This document shows positions 8,021 through 20,930 of a DNA stretch of 64,000 nt, one piece after another. The notes beneath the pieces were generated by a model. It saw nothing but the letters and a program-made list of their open reading frames with translations, was not told where the DNA came from and made no database searches. The position numbers were made by a program, and so were the translations under genes. The stretch's first letter is position 1. Every line of letters begins with the position of its first letter. This stretch comes from an uncultured Candidatus Saccharibacteria bacterium (GTDB taxonomy: Bacteria; Patescibacteriota; Saccharimonadia; UBA4664; CAZJNH01). Where the stretch lies: positions 557 through 64,556 of the forward strand of contig CAYZIN010000004.1 in NCBI GenBank assembly GCA_964478595.1. The letters run 5' to 3'.

Positions 8021-10572
8021 TTACTTTTCTTCTATTTGAGTCTGAGCCGGGTCGTCGGGTACTTCTTCAACTTTTTCTTCGATTTGCTTTTCGGCAATCA
8101 AAGCTACGGAGGCTACCTTATCACTTTCGTTAAGCTTCATAATCCTAACGCCCTGAGTAGCTCGGCTAATTAATGAGATCTTCTTCAGCGGGGTTCGAAT
8201 AACCTGCCCTTGAGTTGAAACAGCCACCAGATCGTCCTCGATGCTAGTAATCGCCCGTACATCAACGATCTTACCGGTCTTGGGTGTAACAACTCCAGCT
8301 TTAATGCCTACCCCGCCGCGATTGTGAGTCGCGAACTGGCTAATCGGCGTTCGTTTGCCATAACCGTTCTCGCTAACAACCAGGAGCTGACTTTCGGGCA
8401 TGGCCACGTCGGCCCCTACCACCGTGTCTCCGGTTCGCAAGCGAATACCACGAACTCCTCTTGTCGCCCGACCCATCGGACGGGCATCTGACTCCTTAAA
8501 GCGGATCGACTGGGCCATCATCGTTGAAATAATAATCTCGTTCTTGCCGCTGGTGAGTTTGACCCACTTCAGCTCGTCCCCTTTGTCGAGCTTAATGGCG
8601 ATCAGACCCGATGAACGAACGTTAGTATAATCCTTAAGCGGGGTTTTCTTTACGGTTCCCATCTTGGTCGTCATAAACAGGTAGCATTCTTCGGGCATGT
8701 TGTCCTTTTCGAGCGTCACGAGCGATGTGACTTTCTCGTCCGGGGCTAACTGAAGCAGGTTCACGATCGGTGAGCCTTTGGCTGTGCGTGACGCCGGCGG
8801 AATTTCGTGGACTTTGAGCCGAAAAACCCGACCCATATTAGTGAAAAACAGCACAAAGTCGTGGTTTTGAGTTAGCACCAAATGCTCAACCACATCCTCT
8901 TCCTTTGTAACCATGCCAATAATGCCTTTACCGCCGCGGCCTTGAGATTTATAGGTGTTGGACGGCACGCGCTTGATGTAGTTGCCGGTGGTGAGGGTTA
9001 CAATTACCTGTTCGTTGGGAATTAGTTCTTCTTCGCTGAATTGGTCTAACTCGGTAGCGATAATCTGCGTTCGGCGCTTGTCGGCGAACTTTTCTTTTAG
9101 CTCAATCAATTCTTCCTTAATAACCCGCAAGATTTCGTTGGGATCGGCCAGAATTTTTTCCAGTTTGGCGATCAGCTTAATTAGCTCCGCCAATTCATCT
9201 TCAACTTTTTTACGCTCTAGGCCCGCCAGACTGCGCAGTTGCATTGCCAAAATCGCTTTGGCCTGAGGCTCGGTCAGTTTGAATTTCTTGATTAAGTTCG
9301 TCTGAGCCTCTTCGGTGGTCCGGCTGGCGCGGATTGTGGCAATAACTTCGTCGATATGATCCAGCGCAATCTTTAAACCTTCCAAAATATGGGCTCGGTC
9401 TTTAGCTTTGCCTAATTCAAATTCGGTGCGGCGCCGCACTACCGTCTGACGGTGCTTGATGTACTCCCGCAGGATCATTTCTAAAGACAAGATGCGCGGC
9501 TGAATGCCATCAACCAGCGCTAACATATTAACGTGGAAGGCCGTTTGCATTGGCGTCCACTTATAAAGCTGGTTCAAAATTTTATTAGGGTATGAATCCT
9601 TTTTCAGATCGACGACGATTTTAACTCCATCACGCGAGCTTTCATCGCGCAAGTCGGAGATACCTGTCAGGCGCTTTTCCTTAACCAGATCGGCAATCTT
9701 TTCGACTAAAGCGGCTTTGTTAACCGCGTAGGGAATTTCGGTAACCACAATCTGGAAGTCGCCCTTTTTTCCTTCTACTATCTCGGCTACGGCTCGTACC
9801 ACAATACTGCCCTTGCCGGTACCGTAAGCCTGGCCAATAGCGGTTTTACCGTAAATCACTCCCCCAGTCGGAAAATCTGGGCCTTTTATAAATTTCATTA
9901 GATCGGTAGCCGTTGCCTCGGGGTTTTCGATTAAGTGCGTAATGCCGTCAACCACCTCGCCTAAATTGTGCGGCGGGATATTGGTGGCCATACCTACGGC
10001 AATACCCATTTGGCCATTTAAAAGTATGTTTGGTAATTTGGCTGGCAAAACGACCGGTTCCCGCTGGGAGCCATCATAGTTGGGCCGGAAATCCACCGTT
10101 TCTTTATCGATGTCATAAAGCAGCTGTTCGGCAATCGAGCTCATTCTGGCTTCGGTATAACGCGGAGCGCCTGGCGGGTCGCCGTCCATCGAACCGAAGT
10201 TACCTTGACCATCAACCAGCGGGTAGCGCATCGAGAAATCCTGGGCCATGCGGGCCATGGTGTCGTAAATTGCAGCGTCGCCGTGCGGGTGATATTTACC
10301 CATGACTTCCCCGACGACGGTGGCGCTCTTACGGTATTTGGCCGCGTGACGCAGCCCCATGGTGTTCATGGCATGCAAAATCCGGCGGTGGACTGGCTTT
10401 AAGCCATCCCGAACATCTGGCAACGCCCGAGCCACAATCACACTCATCGCGTAATCGAGGTAGCTGGTTTCCATTTCGGACTCAATTGTCCGAATCATCA
10501 CACCGTCAACTACCTGGTTGGGCTCCGGCGGGGTTGGCTGTTCGAAATTTAACTGTCCATTGTCTTCGTCCA

Positions 10573-10573
<1 letters not shown>
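8021..10573 (-). CDS. gyrA: DNA gyrase subunit A
   Basis: Full-length GyrA. Motifs include AAMRYTE-like GKYHPHGD and the active-site Tyr region. The ATG at 10573 overlaps the gyrB TGA by 1 nt; the tool start at 10576 is a TTG. Confidence 0.95.
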
Positions 10574-12648
<2,075 letters not shown>

Positions 12649-12786
12649 TCAAAAAAAATTGACGCCTCAACGCCCTTCATCACGATCAATTATAGCTTAT
12701 CTCGGAGAAAAAGCCAAGCATTATGGCAATATTTCCAATCTATTTACTCCTGGATTTGCTGAAGCATAAGTGGTTTAATTAGGGCA

Positions 12787-14010
12787 ATGTTTGTTAAGCT
12801 GGTCCAAAATCTGAATTTTGCCCCCGGGCTGGGTTCGCAGCTAACTTTTTATGTACGTAGACTGCGCAAAGAAGCCATAACCCGCAAGCTGTCGGTCTTT
12901 GCCGGGATTGGCCTGGTGGCGTTTCAGGTTTTGTCTATCATTGCCCCCGCTACTTCAAGTATCGCTGCCTCAACCAACGACATTATCTTTGGCGGTTTTT
13001 CGGGCAAAGCCGGGTTGCTGCAAGTTTACGACAATGGGCTGGCCGGTCATCAGTCAGCATCAGAAATCCAAGGAATCTACAATTACTTCGGCATTAGCCG
13101 CGACGACATTGCCGCCATGACGACCACCTCGGTCGACAGCTCCAACACCGGCCTTTACTCAATGGGTCGCAATCCTCACTGCGCCCAAGACCAACCGGTA
13201 TCTATTAACGGCACCAGCTATTACCTGCGGCCGCTCCATTGTTGGGACGCGTCTGGTACACATAGTGTTTATCCGGCTCTTCACGGGTTTCGCCACAGCG
13301 ACCAGCTCGATTTTTGGGTGCTGCAAGCTTGCGGCAACCTCGTCTTTGTTGGTATCCCTCCGCAGCCGCCAACCATCACCCACAAACCCCCGCCACCGCC
13401 ACCACCCCCTCCGCCTCCGCCACCAAAAATCCCCAACATCGATCTAGTTAAACAAGCTGTAAACTTGCGCACCGGCCAAGATGCCAACGGCACCACCGCC
13501 CAGCCGGGTGACACAATCGAGTACAGTCTGTTTATCCATAACTCCGGCAACGGCGCTTACAAGAACTTCAATCAAATCGTCGAAAACCTCAACGACATTC
13601 TTGAGTACGCCGACTTAATCAGCGCTGGTGGTGGCACCTTAAACACCGCCAATGGCAATTTGCGCTGGCCGGCAGAAACCATTAAGGCCCACACTACAAT
13701 TACCAAGAAATTCCAAGTCCGGATTAAAGATCCAATTCCCTCAACCCCGGTTTCTTCGTCCGATCCGTCCTCGTTCGACCTGCGATTAGACAACGTTTTT
13801 GGCAATCGGGTTTCGATAATGGTCCCGCCCCCGCCAGCTAAACAAATCGAGCTAGCTTCAACTCAGCTGCCCCAAACCGGTGCCGGACTCGACATTGCGA
13901 TCGTCCTGGCTTTTGTAGCCATCAGCGTTTACTTCTACTCCCGCAACCGCCAGCTAGTTACCGAGGTTAACATTTTGCGGGCTGAGCAAAATCATGGAGG
14001 AGGTTCCTAA
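12787..14010 (+). CDS. LPXTG-anchored cell-surface protein with a 13-residue poly-Pro run and a DUF11/CARDB-like domain
   Basis: C-terminus is LPQTGAGLDIAIVLAFVAISVYFYSRNRQ: a sortase motif, then a hydrophobic stretch, then a basic tail. Contains HKPPPPPPPPPPPPPKIP. DUF11-like stretch TGQDANGTTAQPGDTIEYSLFIHNSGNG. N-terminal TM/signal present. Confidence 0.7.
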   Translation: MFVKLVQNLNFAPGLGSQLTFYVRRLRKEAITRKLSVFAGIGLVAFQVLSIIAPATSSIAASTNDIIFGGFSGKAGLLQVYDNGLAGHQSASEIQGIYNYFGISRDDIAAMTTTSVDSSNTGLYSMGRNPHCAQDQPVSINGTSYYLRPLHCWDASGTHSVYPALHGFRHSDQLDFWVLQACGNLVFVGIPPQPPTITHKPPPPPPPPPPPPPKIPNIDLVKQAVNLRTGQDANGTTAQPGDTIEYSLFIHNSGNGAYKNFNQIVENLNDILEYADLISAGGGTLNTANGNLRWPAETIKAHTTITKKFQVRIKDPIPSTPVSSSDPSSFDLRLDNVFGNRVSIMVPPPPAKQIELASTQLPQTGAGLDIAIVLAFVAISVYFYSRNRQLVTEVNILRAEQNHGGGS

Positions 14011-14558
14011 TGGAGCAAGAGCCGCGCCAGTCCCCAGAACAGCAAAAAAGCGCTGAACAAAGCATTGAACTCGACAAAATTGCCGCCGAGGCCCTACGCC
14101 AAATTGAAAAATCGGCGGAAATTGTTACCGAAAATGCCGCCGAAAAAATCGAGCTGGCCCGGGCTAAAATTGAACAGCAACCGGAAACTCCTAAACCGGC
14201 CATCGCCGAAAAAGAACGAGCCAAAGCCCACCACCCTACCGGGCTAGACAAAAAACGGGCATATTGGCAAACCATGGACGCCATGCAACGCCGGCTCAAA
14301 CCGGCCAGCCGAACATTCTCAAAGGTCATTCATGCCCCAGTTGTTGAAAAAGCCAGCGACTTTGCCGGCGCAACTATCTTTCGTCCGTCGGTTACTTTAG
14401 GCGCAACCACAACCGCCTTGGTCGTTGGAGCCTTCTTTTATATAACCGCCCGACACTTCGGCTTCGCTCTGCGCGGATCGGAGTTCGTCTTGTTTCTGGC
14501 CGTTGGCGCCATTATTGGCCTGTTCGTGGAGCTGATCGCCAAACCCTTCCGCAAATGA
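14010..14558 (+). CDS. Hypothetical protein with a charged, Glu/Lys-rich N-terminal region and two C-terminal TM helices
   Basis: ATGG overlap with the stop of the upstream gene. C-terminal hydrophobic segments. Confidence 0.5.
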   Translation: MEQEPRQSPEQQKSAEQSIELDKIAAEALRQIEKSAEIVTENAAEKIELARAKIEQQPETPKPAIAEKERAKAHHPTGLDKKRAYWQTMDAMQRRLKPASRTFSKVIHAPVVEKASDFAGATIFRPSVTLGATTTALVVGAFFYITARHFGFALRGSEFVLFLAVGAIIGLFVELIAKPFRK

Positions 14559-14800
14559 AAATCCCGGTAGGGTTAGTACTTTCATCTCTCGCTTTCATTA
14601 CGGGCGTATTAGTGATATTCGATCTGGTCAGTGGATCAATTTTCTTGGGTATTGGGTTGGTTTTCGGGACCGTCGGACTGATTCTATCGTCAGCGACCAA
14701 GTCTAAACTGCAAATAATTCTGAGTGTTATTGCCCTACTCCCATTAGCACTGCTAATTGGAGAAGTTATCGGTTTGGGCGGTTCAAGTAGTCCTCTCTAG
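14555..14800 (+). CDS. Small polytopic membrane protein (81 aa)
   Basis: Three hydrophobic helices. ATGA overlap with the upstream gene. Similarity to VirB2/TrbC pilin is speculative. Confidence 0.4.
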   Translation: MKIPVGLVLSSLAFITGVLVIFDLVSGSIFLGIGLVFGTVGLILSSATKSKLQIILSVIALLPLALLIGEVIGLGGSSSPL

Positions 14801-17637
14801 CCCTGGATGATGTTGCCGTGCTCGTCGACGGCGATTTCGCCAGGTGCGACTTCTACGGCTTGGGACTCAGGCTGCGGCATAACAACTGCGCCTGGCGCCG
14901 GACGAGCTGAAGAAGAGACAAGGTCGTGCTCTGGCGGTGCCGGTGTCGGAACCGGCATATGCTGAACAGGAGCTGGCGGAGCAGGTTCAACTGCGGGCTC
15001 TATGACTTGCCCTGGGGCTGGCGGGGCCTGCTGAGGTTCTGAGGCTGGGGTTGGCTCAACCGTCGATTCAAGAGCCGGCTCGGGTTGAGGTGGAGGCGGA
15101 GCTGGTTGCGGAGCCGGAGCAGAGGTTTGAGCAGCAGCAACAATCTCCTCAGGCTTTTTAAATGAAGATAACGATAAACTCTCTGCTTCTTGGGTCGGCT
15201 CTGGTTGTTTGGGTTTTAGCGCCGGTAAACTGCCCATGCGAGTCATAATATCGGTGCTTACTTTGTCGCGGGGACGGCCAAACTTGGCCGCGGACAGCTG
15301 TTTAACCGCCTCAGACATTTCCTTACTAGCAGTTCCAACCGGCGGCAAAGACAGCATACTAAACGGTTGCGAAGGCAAACCGGCAATCATCAACTTCACC
15401 ACCGCATAGAAGTTCGGCAAATTCGAAAGATCTCCTCGCTCAAAAATCGGAGCAAACTGTTTCACCAAATACTCGGCATCGTCCGGGCCGGTACGAAACG
15501 CAGCCATCGTGCCAACGTTGCCAAACACCGCCTCCCTAACTTGATCGTTTAACTGCCCAATAAACTGGTTGGCAACGATTAGATTCAAGCGGTATTTCCG
15601 GGCTTCAGACAGAATCGTCGCGAACGAATCGGTCGAAAAATTCTGAAACTCGTCAACGATTAAACTAAAGTCGGTCCGCTCGGCTTCCGGAATCTCGGCC
15701 CGGCTCATGGCTGCTGCCTGGATTTTGGTAACCAGGATCATTCCCAGCAGCTGCGAGTTTAACTCACCAACTCGTCCTTTGCTCAAGTTGACGAGTAAAA
15801 TTTGCCGCTTATCCATAATTTCTCGCAAATTAAACGAGCTCTTCGTCTGCCCGATAATATTTCTCATCATTTCGTTATTCACAAACGCCCCAAATTTCGA
15901 GACGAACCAGCCTAGCACCTCACTCTTGTGGAAGTCGCTGGTTTGGGCCATCTCCTTCGTCCAAAAATCAACCACCGTCGGGTCCTTAACGTATTTAAAT
16001 TTGGCCTTCAAAAACTCGGTATCGGTAAAGACCTTTGGCACTTCTACAAAAGTAGAACCGTTGGGGTCGCTCATTAAAGTCAGGGCCGCGTTTCTAAACC
16101 AATGCTCATAGCGCGGGCCAATAATGCCGGTGTGGCCCGGGTCGTAAAGTCGATAAAGCATATTGATCGATTCTTGAATAATAAAATCGCGCTGCTCGGG
16201 GTTTTGATATTCAAACAAGTTAAGACCGAGCGGGTTAGAGGTATCGGCCGGGTCGAAGTAGATAACGTCTTCGGCGCGATCCTTGGGCACCAGACCGAGA
16301 AGTCGTTCGGAGGCGTCACCGTGCGGATCTATAAATACGAACCCACGCCCAGCCATCATGTCTTGCAGGGCAATGGTTTCTAGCATGGTCGATTTACCGG
16401 TACCGGTTTGGCCGACGATGTAGACGTGGCGTCGGCGGTCGTCTTCGGCTAGTTTGATTTCTTTTTTCTGTCCGCGGTATTCGTTGTAACCCAACAGCAC
16501 ACCCTCGGTCGCCACGTTGGACGGGGCGTCCGCATGTTTAGCGCTTTCGCGCTGGACTTCGGCGGTTGGGGTAAAGCGCGCTTCCGGCAAATGGAAAATC
16601 GTTGCCAGTTCGTTGCTGCCCAAGACTAGACTGTTGAGTTCGGGCGGGAAGAAACGAAAAATAAAAGCGGTCACCAGGCCTTGCTTGTCCCGGGCCGGCA
16701 CAAACTGAAAACCATTGCTCGAAGGGTCGTCAAACAGCGCGAATGAAGCCGTAATATTTTGCAGCAGCGCAGGCGCCGAGGCCGACACATCCGAAGAAAC
16801 TAAGATTCTAATCAGACTCTCGTAAGCAGGTTGGCGGATTTTATTTTCAATCCCTTCGGCAACGGCCAACTCCAAGCTACTGGCTTGCGGGTCGGCTGGT
16901 CCGGTCTCTCCCGAAGACTTAGGGGCTTTAACCGCCGCATGCAAAAAATCTTTGGCCGTAAATTTGAGGCTGGTTTTGCGGTTATGGCGAATGTCATCAG
17001 CCAACCGTTCGGCGCTTTTAGTCCAGGTTGGAGCCGCCGGTCGCAGTAGAATTTGAATCCCCACTCCGTCACCTGCCTTCAGGTCAGACAGAGTGTTTAA
17101 AATAGCCTCCAAAGGATCGCGCTCAATATTTTTATAGGTACGAATCGGATACGCTTTATCTCGTTTTAGCTCAAGCTCACCGCCGGCCACGCCGTCCAAT
17201 TTACCGTCCGGATTAAAGAGGTTGTGGTCCTCGGTTTGCTCGAGCCTGGCACCTGGATACGCCGAAGCAATCGCCTTTTCTACCACTGGAACTAAGGCCA
17301 CAGGGACAGCCGCATAAAATTTGATGTTGCCAGCCGAAGCGATAATTTCTAAACCTACGTGGCGCTGGCCGTAAAAGTTACTTTTAAATCCTCGCTGGGC
17401 AGTACCCGCCAAAATGTTATATAACACCTCAGCTTGGGCTATCTGCTCTTGCATAGAAGCCTTTTGGTCGCCTCCCTGTGCCGCATCGGAGCTGCGGGGC
17501 GGCAAATGGATTAAAACTGGCACCATCTTGAGACCGCGCTCAATACCTTTAGCTCGCCGCAGTATTCGCCGATAAGCATAGTAAGCCACCGCGGCCGAAA
17601 TCGCCGCCAGGCCCACAAAAACTACAATTAAGCGCAT
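14797..17637 (-). CDS. Large membrane-anchored P-loop ATPase of the type IV coupling protein (VirD4/TraG/TraD-like) or HerA/FtsK superfamily, with a ~150-aa Pro-rich C-terminal tail
   Basis: N-terminal TM. Walker A HVYIVGQTGTGKST. Walker B LIVDEFQNF. The proline-rich C-terminus reads PAPQPAPPPPQPEP.... Confidence 0.6.
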   Translation of the reverse strand: MRLIVVFVGLAAISAAVAYYAYRRILRRAKGIERGLKMVPVLIHLPPRSSDAAQGGDQKASMQEQIAQAEVLYNILAGTAQRGFKSNFYGQRHVGLEIIASAGNIKFYAAVPVALVPVVEKAIASAYPGARLEQTEDHNLFNPDGKLDGVAGGELELKRDKAYPIRTYKNIERDPLEAILNTLSDLKAGDGVGIQILLRPAAPTWTKSAERLADDIRHNRKTSLKFTAKDFLHAAVKAPKSSGETGPADPQASSLELAVAEGIENKIRQPAYESLIRILVSSDVSASAPALLQNITASFALFDDPSSNGFQFVPARDKQGLVTAFIFRFFPPELNSLVLGSNELATIFHLPEARFTPTAEVQRESAKHADAPSNVATEGVLLGYNEYRGQKKEIKLAEDDRRRHVYIVGQTGTGKSTMLETIALQDMMAGRGFVFIDPHGDASERLLGLVPKDRAEDVIYFDPADTSNPLGLNLFEYQNPEQRDFIIQESINMLYRLYDPGHTGIIGPRYEHWFRNAALTLMSDPNGSTFVEVPKVFTDTEFLKAKFKYVKDPTVVDFWTKEMAQTSDFHKSEVLGWFVSKFGAFVNNEMMRNIIGQTKSSFNLREIMDKRQILLVNLSKGRVGELNSQLLGMILVTKIQAAAMSRAEIPEAERTDFSLIVDEFQNFSTDSFATILSEARKYRLNLIVANQFIGQLNDQVREAVFGNVGTMAAFRTGPDDAEYLVKQFAPIFERGDLSNLPNFYAVVKLMIAGLPSQPFSMLSLPPVGTASKEMSEAVKQLSAAKFGRPRDKVSTDIMTRMGSLPALKPKQPEPTQEAESLSLSSFKKPEEIVAAAQTSAPAPQPAPPPPQPEPALESTVEPTPASEPQQAPPAPGQVIEPAVEPAPPAPVQHMPVPTPAPPEHDLVSSSARPAPGAVVMPQPESQAVEVAPGEIAVDEHGNIIQG

Positions 17638-17638
17638 G

Positions 17639-18028
17639 CTACTTGTCCTCTGGCTCGAGGTCGATCCCGTAGCGTTTCTTTAGATAGTCGGTTTGCAAAT
17701 CCTCTACCGCCTCTTCTTCCGCGTGCGGGTCCCCGGCGGTTTTTTTGACAACCTCCTGGGCTTTGTCGACCCACTCTTTCTCAATCACATCAACATCATC
17801 GGCAATTGAAGGTCCAGTCACCTTTGGGGCTGATTTAGCAGCAGGCGTAGAGGGCTTAGCAGGCGTCGCTGGAGTTACCGGCTGTTGATTTGCGGGTTTG
17901 GTAGGTTCGGGTACAGCGGGAGCATCGGTTTGGCTTGGCTGTAAGCTCTCGGCTGGCTTAACCGCCTCGGTGTTGGGTTGGCTCTCGGGAGTGGACTGAG
18001 GATTTTCCATTGGTTTAAATTTTACCAT
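17639..18028 (-). CDS. Hypothetical Pro/Thr-rich protein (129 aa) immediately upstream of the ATPase
   Basis: Low-complexity Pro-rich N-terminus and acidic C-terminus. No clear SD. Confidence 0.4.
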   Translation of the reverse strand: MVKFKPMENPQSTPESQPNTEAVKPAESLQPSQTDAPAVPEPTKPANQQPVTPATPAKPSTPAAKSAPKVTGPSIADDVDVIEKEWVDKAQEVVKKTAGDPHAEEEAVEDLQTDYLKKRYGIDLEPEDK

Positions 18029-18065
18029 TTCAGATTAGAAGTGTCGTGCTTAGTTGCGGGTTTGG

Positions 18066-20930
18066 TTAACGGATTTCGGCTTTGAATTTGGTCTTGAGGG
18101 CGTTCGAGATTTTACTTAAGCGATCTTCAACCTCGGCATCGGTCAAAGTTTTGGCAGAATCGGACATGACTAGCCGAAAAGCTACCGATTTTTTGCCGGC
18201 AGGAATACCTTGGCCCGAAAACTCACTTAAGTAAGTTGCTTCGGCTAGATCCTCGTCAATCGCCTCGGCCACGTCTTGCCAGCTAGTTTTTTGATTAACC
18301 ACAATCGACAAATCACGTTTAGCGGCGGGAAATTTGCTTACCGGTCGGTAATTTGGTCCCTCGGCTGCAGAGGTTATGGCCAGCAAATCGACCTCCAGAT
18401 AAGCCACCGTCCCCTTAATTTTGAATTCAGTCACCACATCGGGATGAACCTCACCAATCCAACCAATCTCCTTGCCTGAAAGTAAAAGCTTAGCCGCCCG
18501 ACCAGGATGCAGGCCAGCGGTTTTGGCTGGTTCAATCTTTACACCAACCTTAAACTCCCGGACCAGCCGATCGAGTGCCGCTTTAACGCTTGCGTAGGGA
18601 TTATCCGCTTTGGCAATGGCGGCGATTTTCGTTGGTTCAGACGGCAACTTTTTGGGCTGAGTGGGTAGGTAAACCTTCGAGACCTCAAACAAAGATAGCT
18701 CGGGGGCGTAAGTTTGATTTTTACCCAGAGCATTGAGCAAACTCGGCAGGAGCGTGGTGCGCAAATAGGCTTGCTCGATCGACATTGGATTGCGGACTTT
18801 GAGATGTTCTCCTAACTTGCAGCCCGAACGAGTAATGTCATCCGCCGACACAAAGGAATAGGTCATCACTTCAAACATTCCCAAAGCCTTCATTGCTTCC
18901 TGAGCCTTCCATAAATTTGGCCAATACTGGTCAAACTCAACTTCGCTAGGCTGCCAGGCCGGTAATTTGGCGGGGACCTTGTCATACCCCGTTAGCCGAG
19001 CAATTTCTTCAATCAAATCTTCCTCGGTCTTTAGATCGGTCCGCCACCACGGCGCCGTCACCGCCACATAATCATCCAGGTTCTCTACGTGCCGCCGCGC
19101 GCCAATGTAGCCAGGATTCTTGATATAAACCTCAACATCGACCACCTGCACCTTTCGATCACGAATCGGCAACTCTACCCACTTAGCATCCCTATACTCA
19201 TAGCGACGAGCGTCGATAACTTTGCCATTACCAATATAAATTCCGTCATGGCCAACCAGACCCTTGTAAGCAGTTTCAAGCTTTTCGTACTGTCCGGTTT
19301 GAGCATTCTTTCTATAGTAATAACCCACAGTTGAACTTGGTTGTTTCGATGACTTTTCCGATTGGATTTCGGCCAAAGTATATTCGCCTTTGCCTCCAGT
19401 TTTAATACCTTCATAAAACAAAATGTCACCGGGACTTAGCTCACCCGTGTGCACCGGCCGGCCAGTTTCTAGCTGAGCCGGGGCGGTGTGCCCAACCCAG
19501 AGGCCGATTAACGAGAAAACATAATCAATAAGGTAGCCGCAATCGAAAGCTTCGATTCCGTTCTTCTTGAAACTGGCCCCCCAAACGTATGGTTTTCCAA
19601 GGTGTTTTTTGGTTTCGGCCACGACGTCAAACGGTTCAGCTTCCAGGCCGGAGCGGTGCAGCAATTTAGTAATCTCCTCGCGGGAAATTTTGTACCCCAA
19701 AAACTGCTCTAGCCGGCTGGAGCGAATGCCGATATGTTGAATCCACGGCCAAACCAGCAACTCGTCGGCTACGGCAGAGGTAACCTTAGCTTTAGCGTAC
19801 TTGCTTAAATAATCTAGTGCCCGAGCCAATGCAATCGGCGCCAGTTGTACCGGCAAGTTTCGCTCGAACCGCCCACTGGCATCGGTCCGGTTGCCATGAC
19901 GAATGGCGGTTTTACGAATGGTGGGTGCGTCAAAGCTGGCGCTTTCTAAAATAATTTTGGTTGTCTTGTCGGTAATCTCGCTACCGGCACCACCCATCAC
20001 CCCCGCCAAGGCGATCGGCCCGGAGGAGTTGGCAATGACGACATCTTCGGTAGTTAATTTACGGGTTTGCCCGTCTAGGGTTACCAATTTCTCGCCAGAC
20101 CCAGCATGTCGCACAACAATACTTCCCCTCACTTTCGCCGCGTCGAAAGCGTGCAGCGGCTGGCCGTATTCCAACATTACATAATTGGTTATATCAACGA
20201 CGACACTAATCGGCCGCAAACCTGAAGCCAGCAATCGGCGCTGCATCCAATCGGGGGTTTTTTGGTTCGGCTCGATAGATAACTCAACAGCCATATAGCG
20301 CCGAGTCTTAGTCGATTTATCGACTTTAACCTTTGGAGCAGCCCCTTTCTCGGGTAATTGATGCTCGATCGGTTCGTGCACCTTCTCGCCCATGAACGCG
20401 GCTGCTTCCCGCGCCAACCCTATAACCGACAATAAATCCGGTCGATTGGCGGGCGTATAGACATCGATAATCGCCGACTCAGGCCAGATTTCGGCCACCG
20501 GTTGGCCGACCCTAGCACTTGGTTCTAAAACTAAAATACCCGAGTGATCATCGCCTAAACCTAATTCCTGAGCACTTGCAATCATCCCGGCCGACTCAAT
20601 CCCCCGAATCGTGGCTTTTTCGATCTTTAAACCTGTTGGCAAAGTCACTCCAGGGGCTACATAAGCCACCTTTTGACCCTCCGAAACGTTCGCGGCTCCA
20701 CAGACAACCGAAATTTTGCCTTCGCCAAGGGATAATTCGACAATTTTTAATTTATCGGCGTTTGGATGCTGAATAACTTTTTTGACATCTGCTACTACGA
20801 CATGATTGTCTAGTTTGGGTGTATAAATTATTTGTTCTATTTCAACGCCGATTTGCTCCAAAGCATCCGCAATCGTTTTTGGATCGTGCTTGCCAATATA
20901 TTCTGCCAACCATTCGGCACTAACTTTCAT
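18066..20930 (-). CDS. pheT: Phenylalanine--tRNA ligase beta subunit with a large insertion containing NlpC/P60-like and B3/B4 domains
   Basis: tRNA-binding N-terminus, B5 domain, and C-terminal FDX-ACB-like domain. Start overlaps the pheS stop. Confidence 0.9.
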   Translation of the reverse strand: MKVSAEWLAEYIGKHDPKTIADALEQIGVEIEQIIYTPKLDNHVVVADVKKVIQHPNADKLKIVELSLGEGKISVVCGAANVSEGQKVAYVAPGVTLPTGLKIEKATIRGIESAGMIASAQELGLGDDHSGILVLEPSARVGQPVAEIWPESAIIDVYTPANRPDLLSVIGLAREAAAFMGEKVHEPIEHQLPEKGAAPKVKVDKSTKTRRYMAVELSIEPNQKTPDWMQRRLLASGLRPISVVVDITNYVMLEYGQPLHAFDAAKVRGSIVVRHAGSGEKLVTLDGQTRKLTTEDVVIANSSGPIALAGVMGGAGSEITDKTTKIILESASFDAPTIRKTAIRHGNRTDASGRFERNLPVQLAPIALARALDYLSKYAKAKVTSAVADELLVWPWIQHIGIRSSRLEQFLGYKISREEITKLLHRSGLEAEPFDVVAETKKHLGKPYVWGASFKKNGIEAFDCGYLIDYVFSLIGLWVGHTAPAQLETGRPVHTGELSPGDILFYEGIKTGGKGEYTLAEIQSEKSSKQPSSTVGYYYRKNAQTGQYEKLETAYKGLVGHDGIYIGNGKVIDARRYEYRDAKWVELPIRDRKVQVVDVEVYIKNPGYIGARRHVENLDDYVAVTAPWWRTDLKTEEDLIEEIARLTGYDKVPAKLPAWQPSEVEFDQYWPNLWKAQEAMKALGMFEVMTYSFVSADDITRSGCKLGEHLKVRNPMSIEQAYLRTTLLPSLLNALGKNQTYAPELSLFEVSKVYLPTQPKKLPSEPTKIAAIAKADNPYASVKAALDRLVREFKVGVKIEPAKTAGLHPGRAAKLLLSGKEIGWIGEVHPDVVTEFKIKGTVAYLEVDLLAITSAAEGPNYRPVSKFPAAKRDLSIVVNQKTSWQDVAEAIDEDLAEATYLSEFSGQGIPAGKKSVAFRLVMSDSAKTLTDAEVEDRLSKISNALKTKFKAEIR

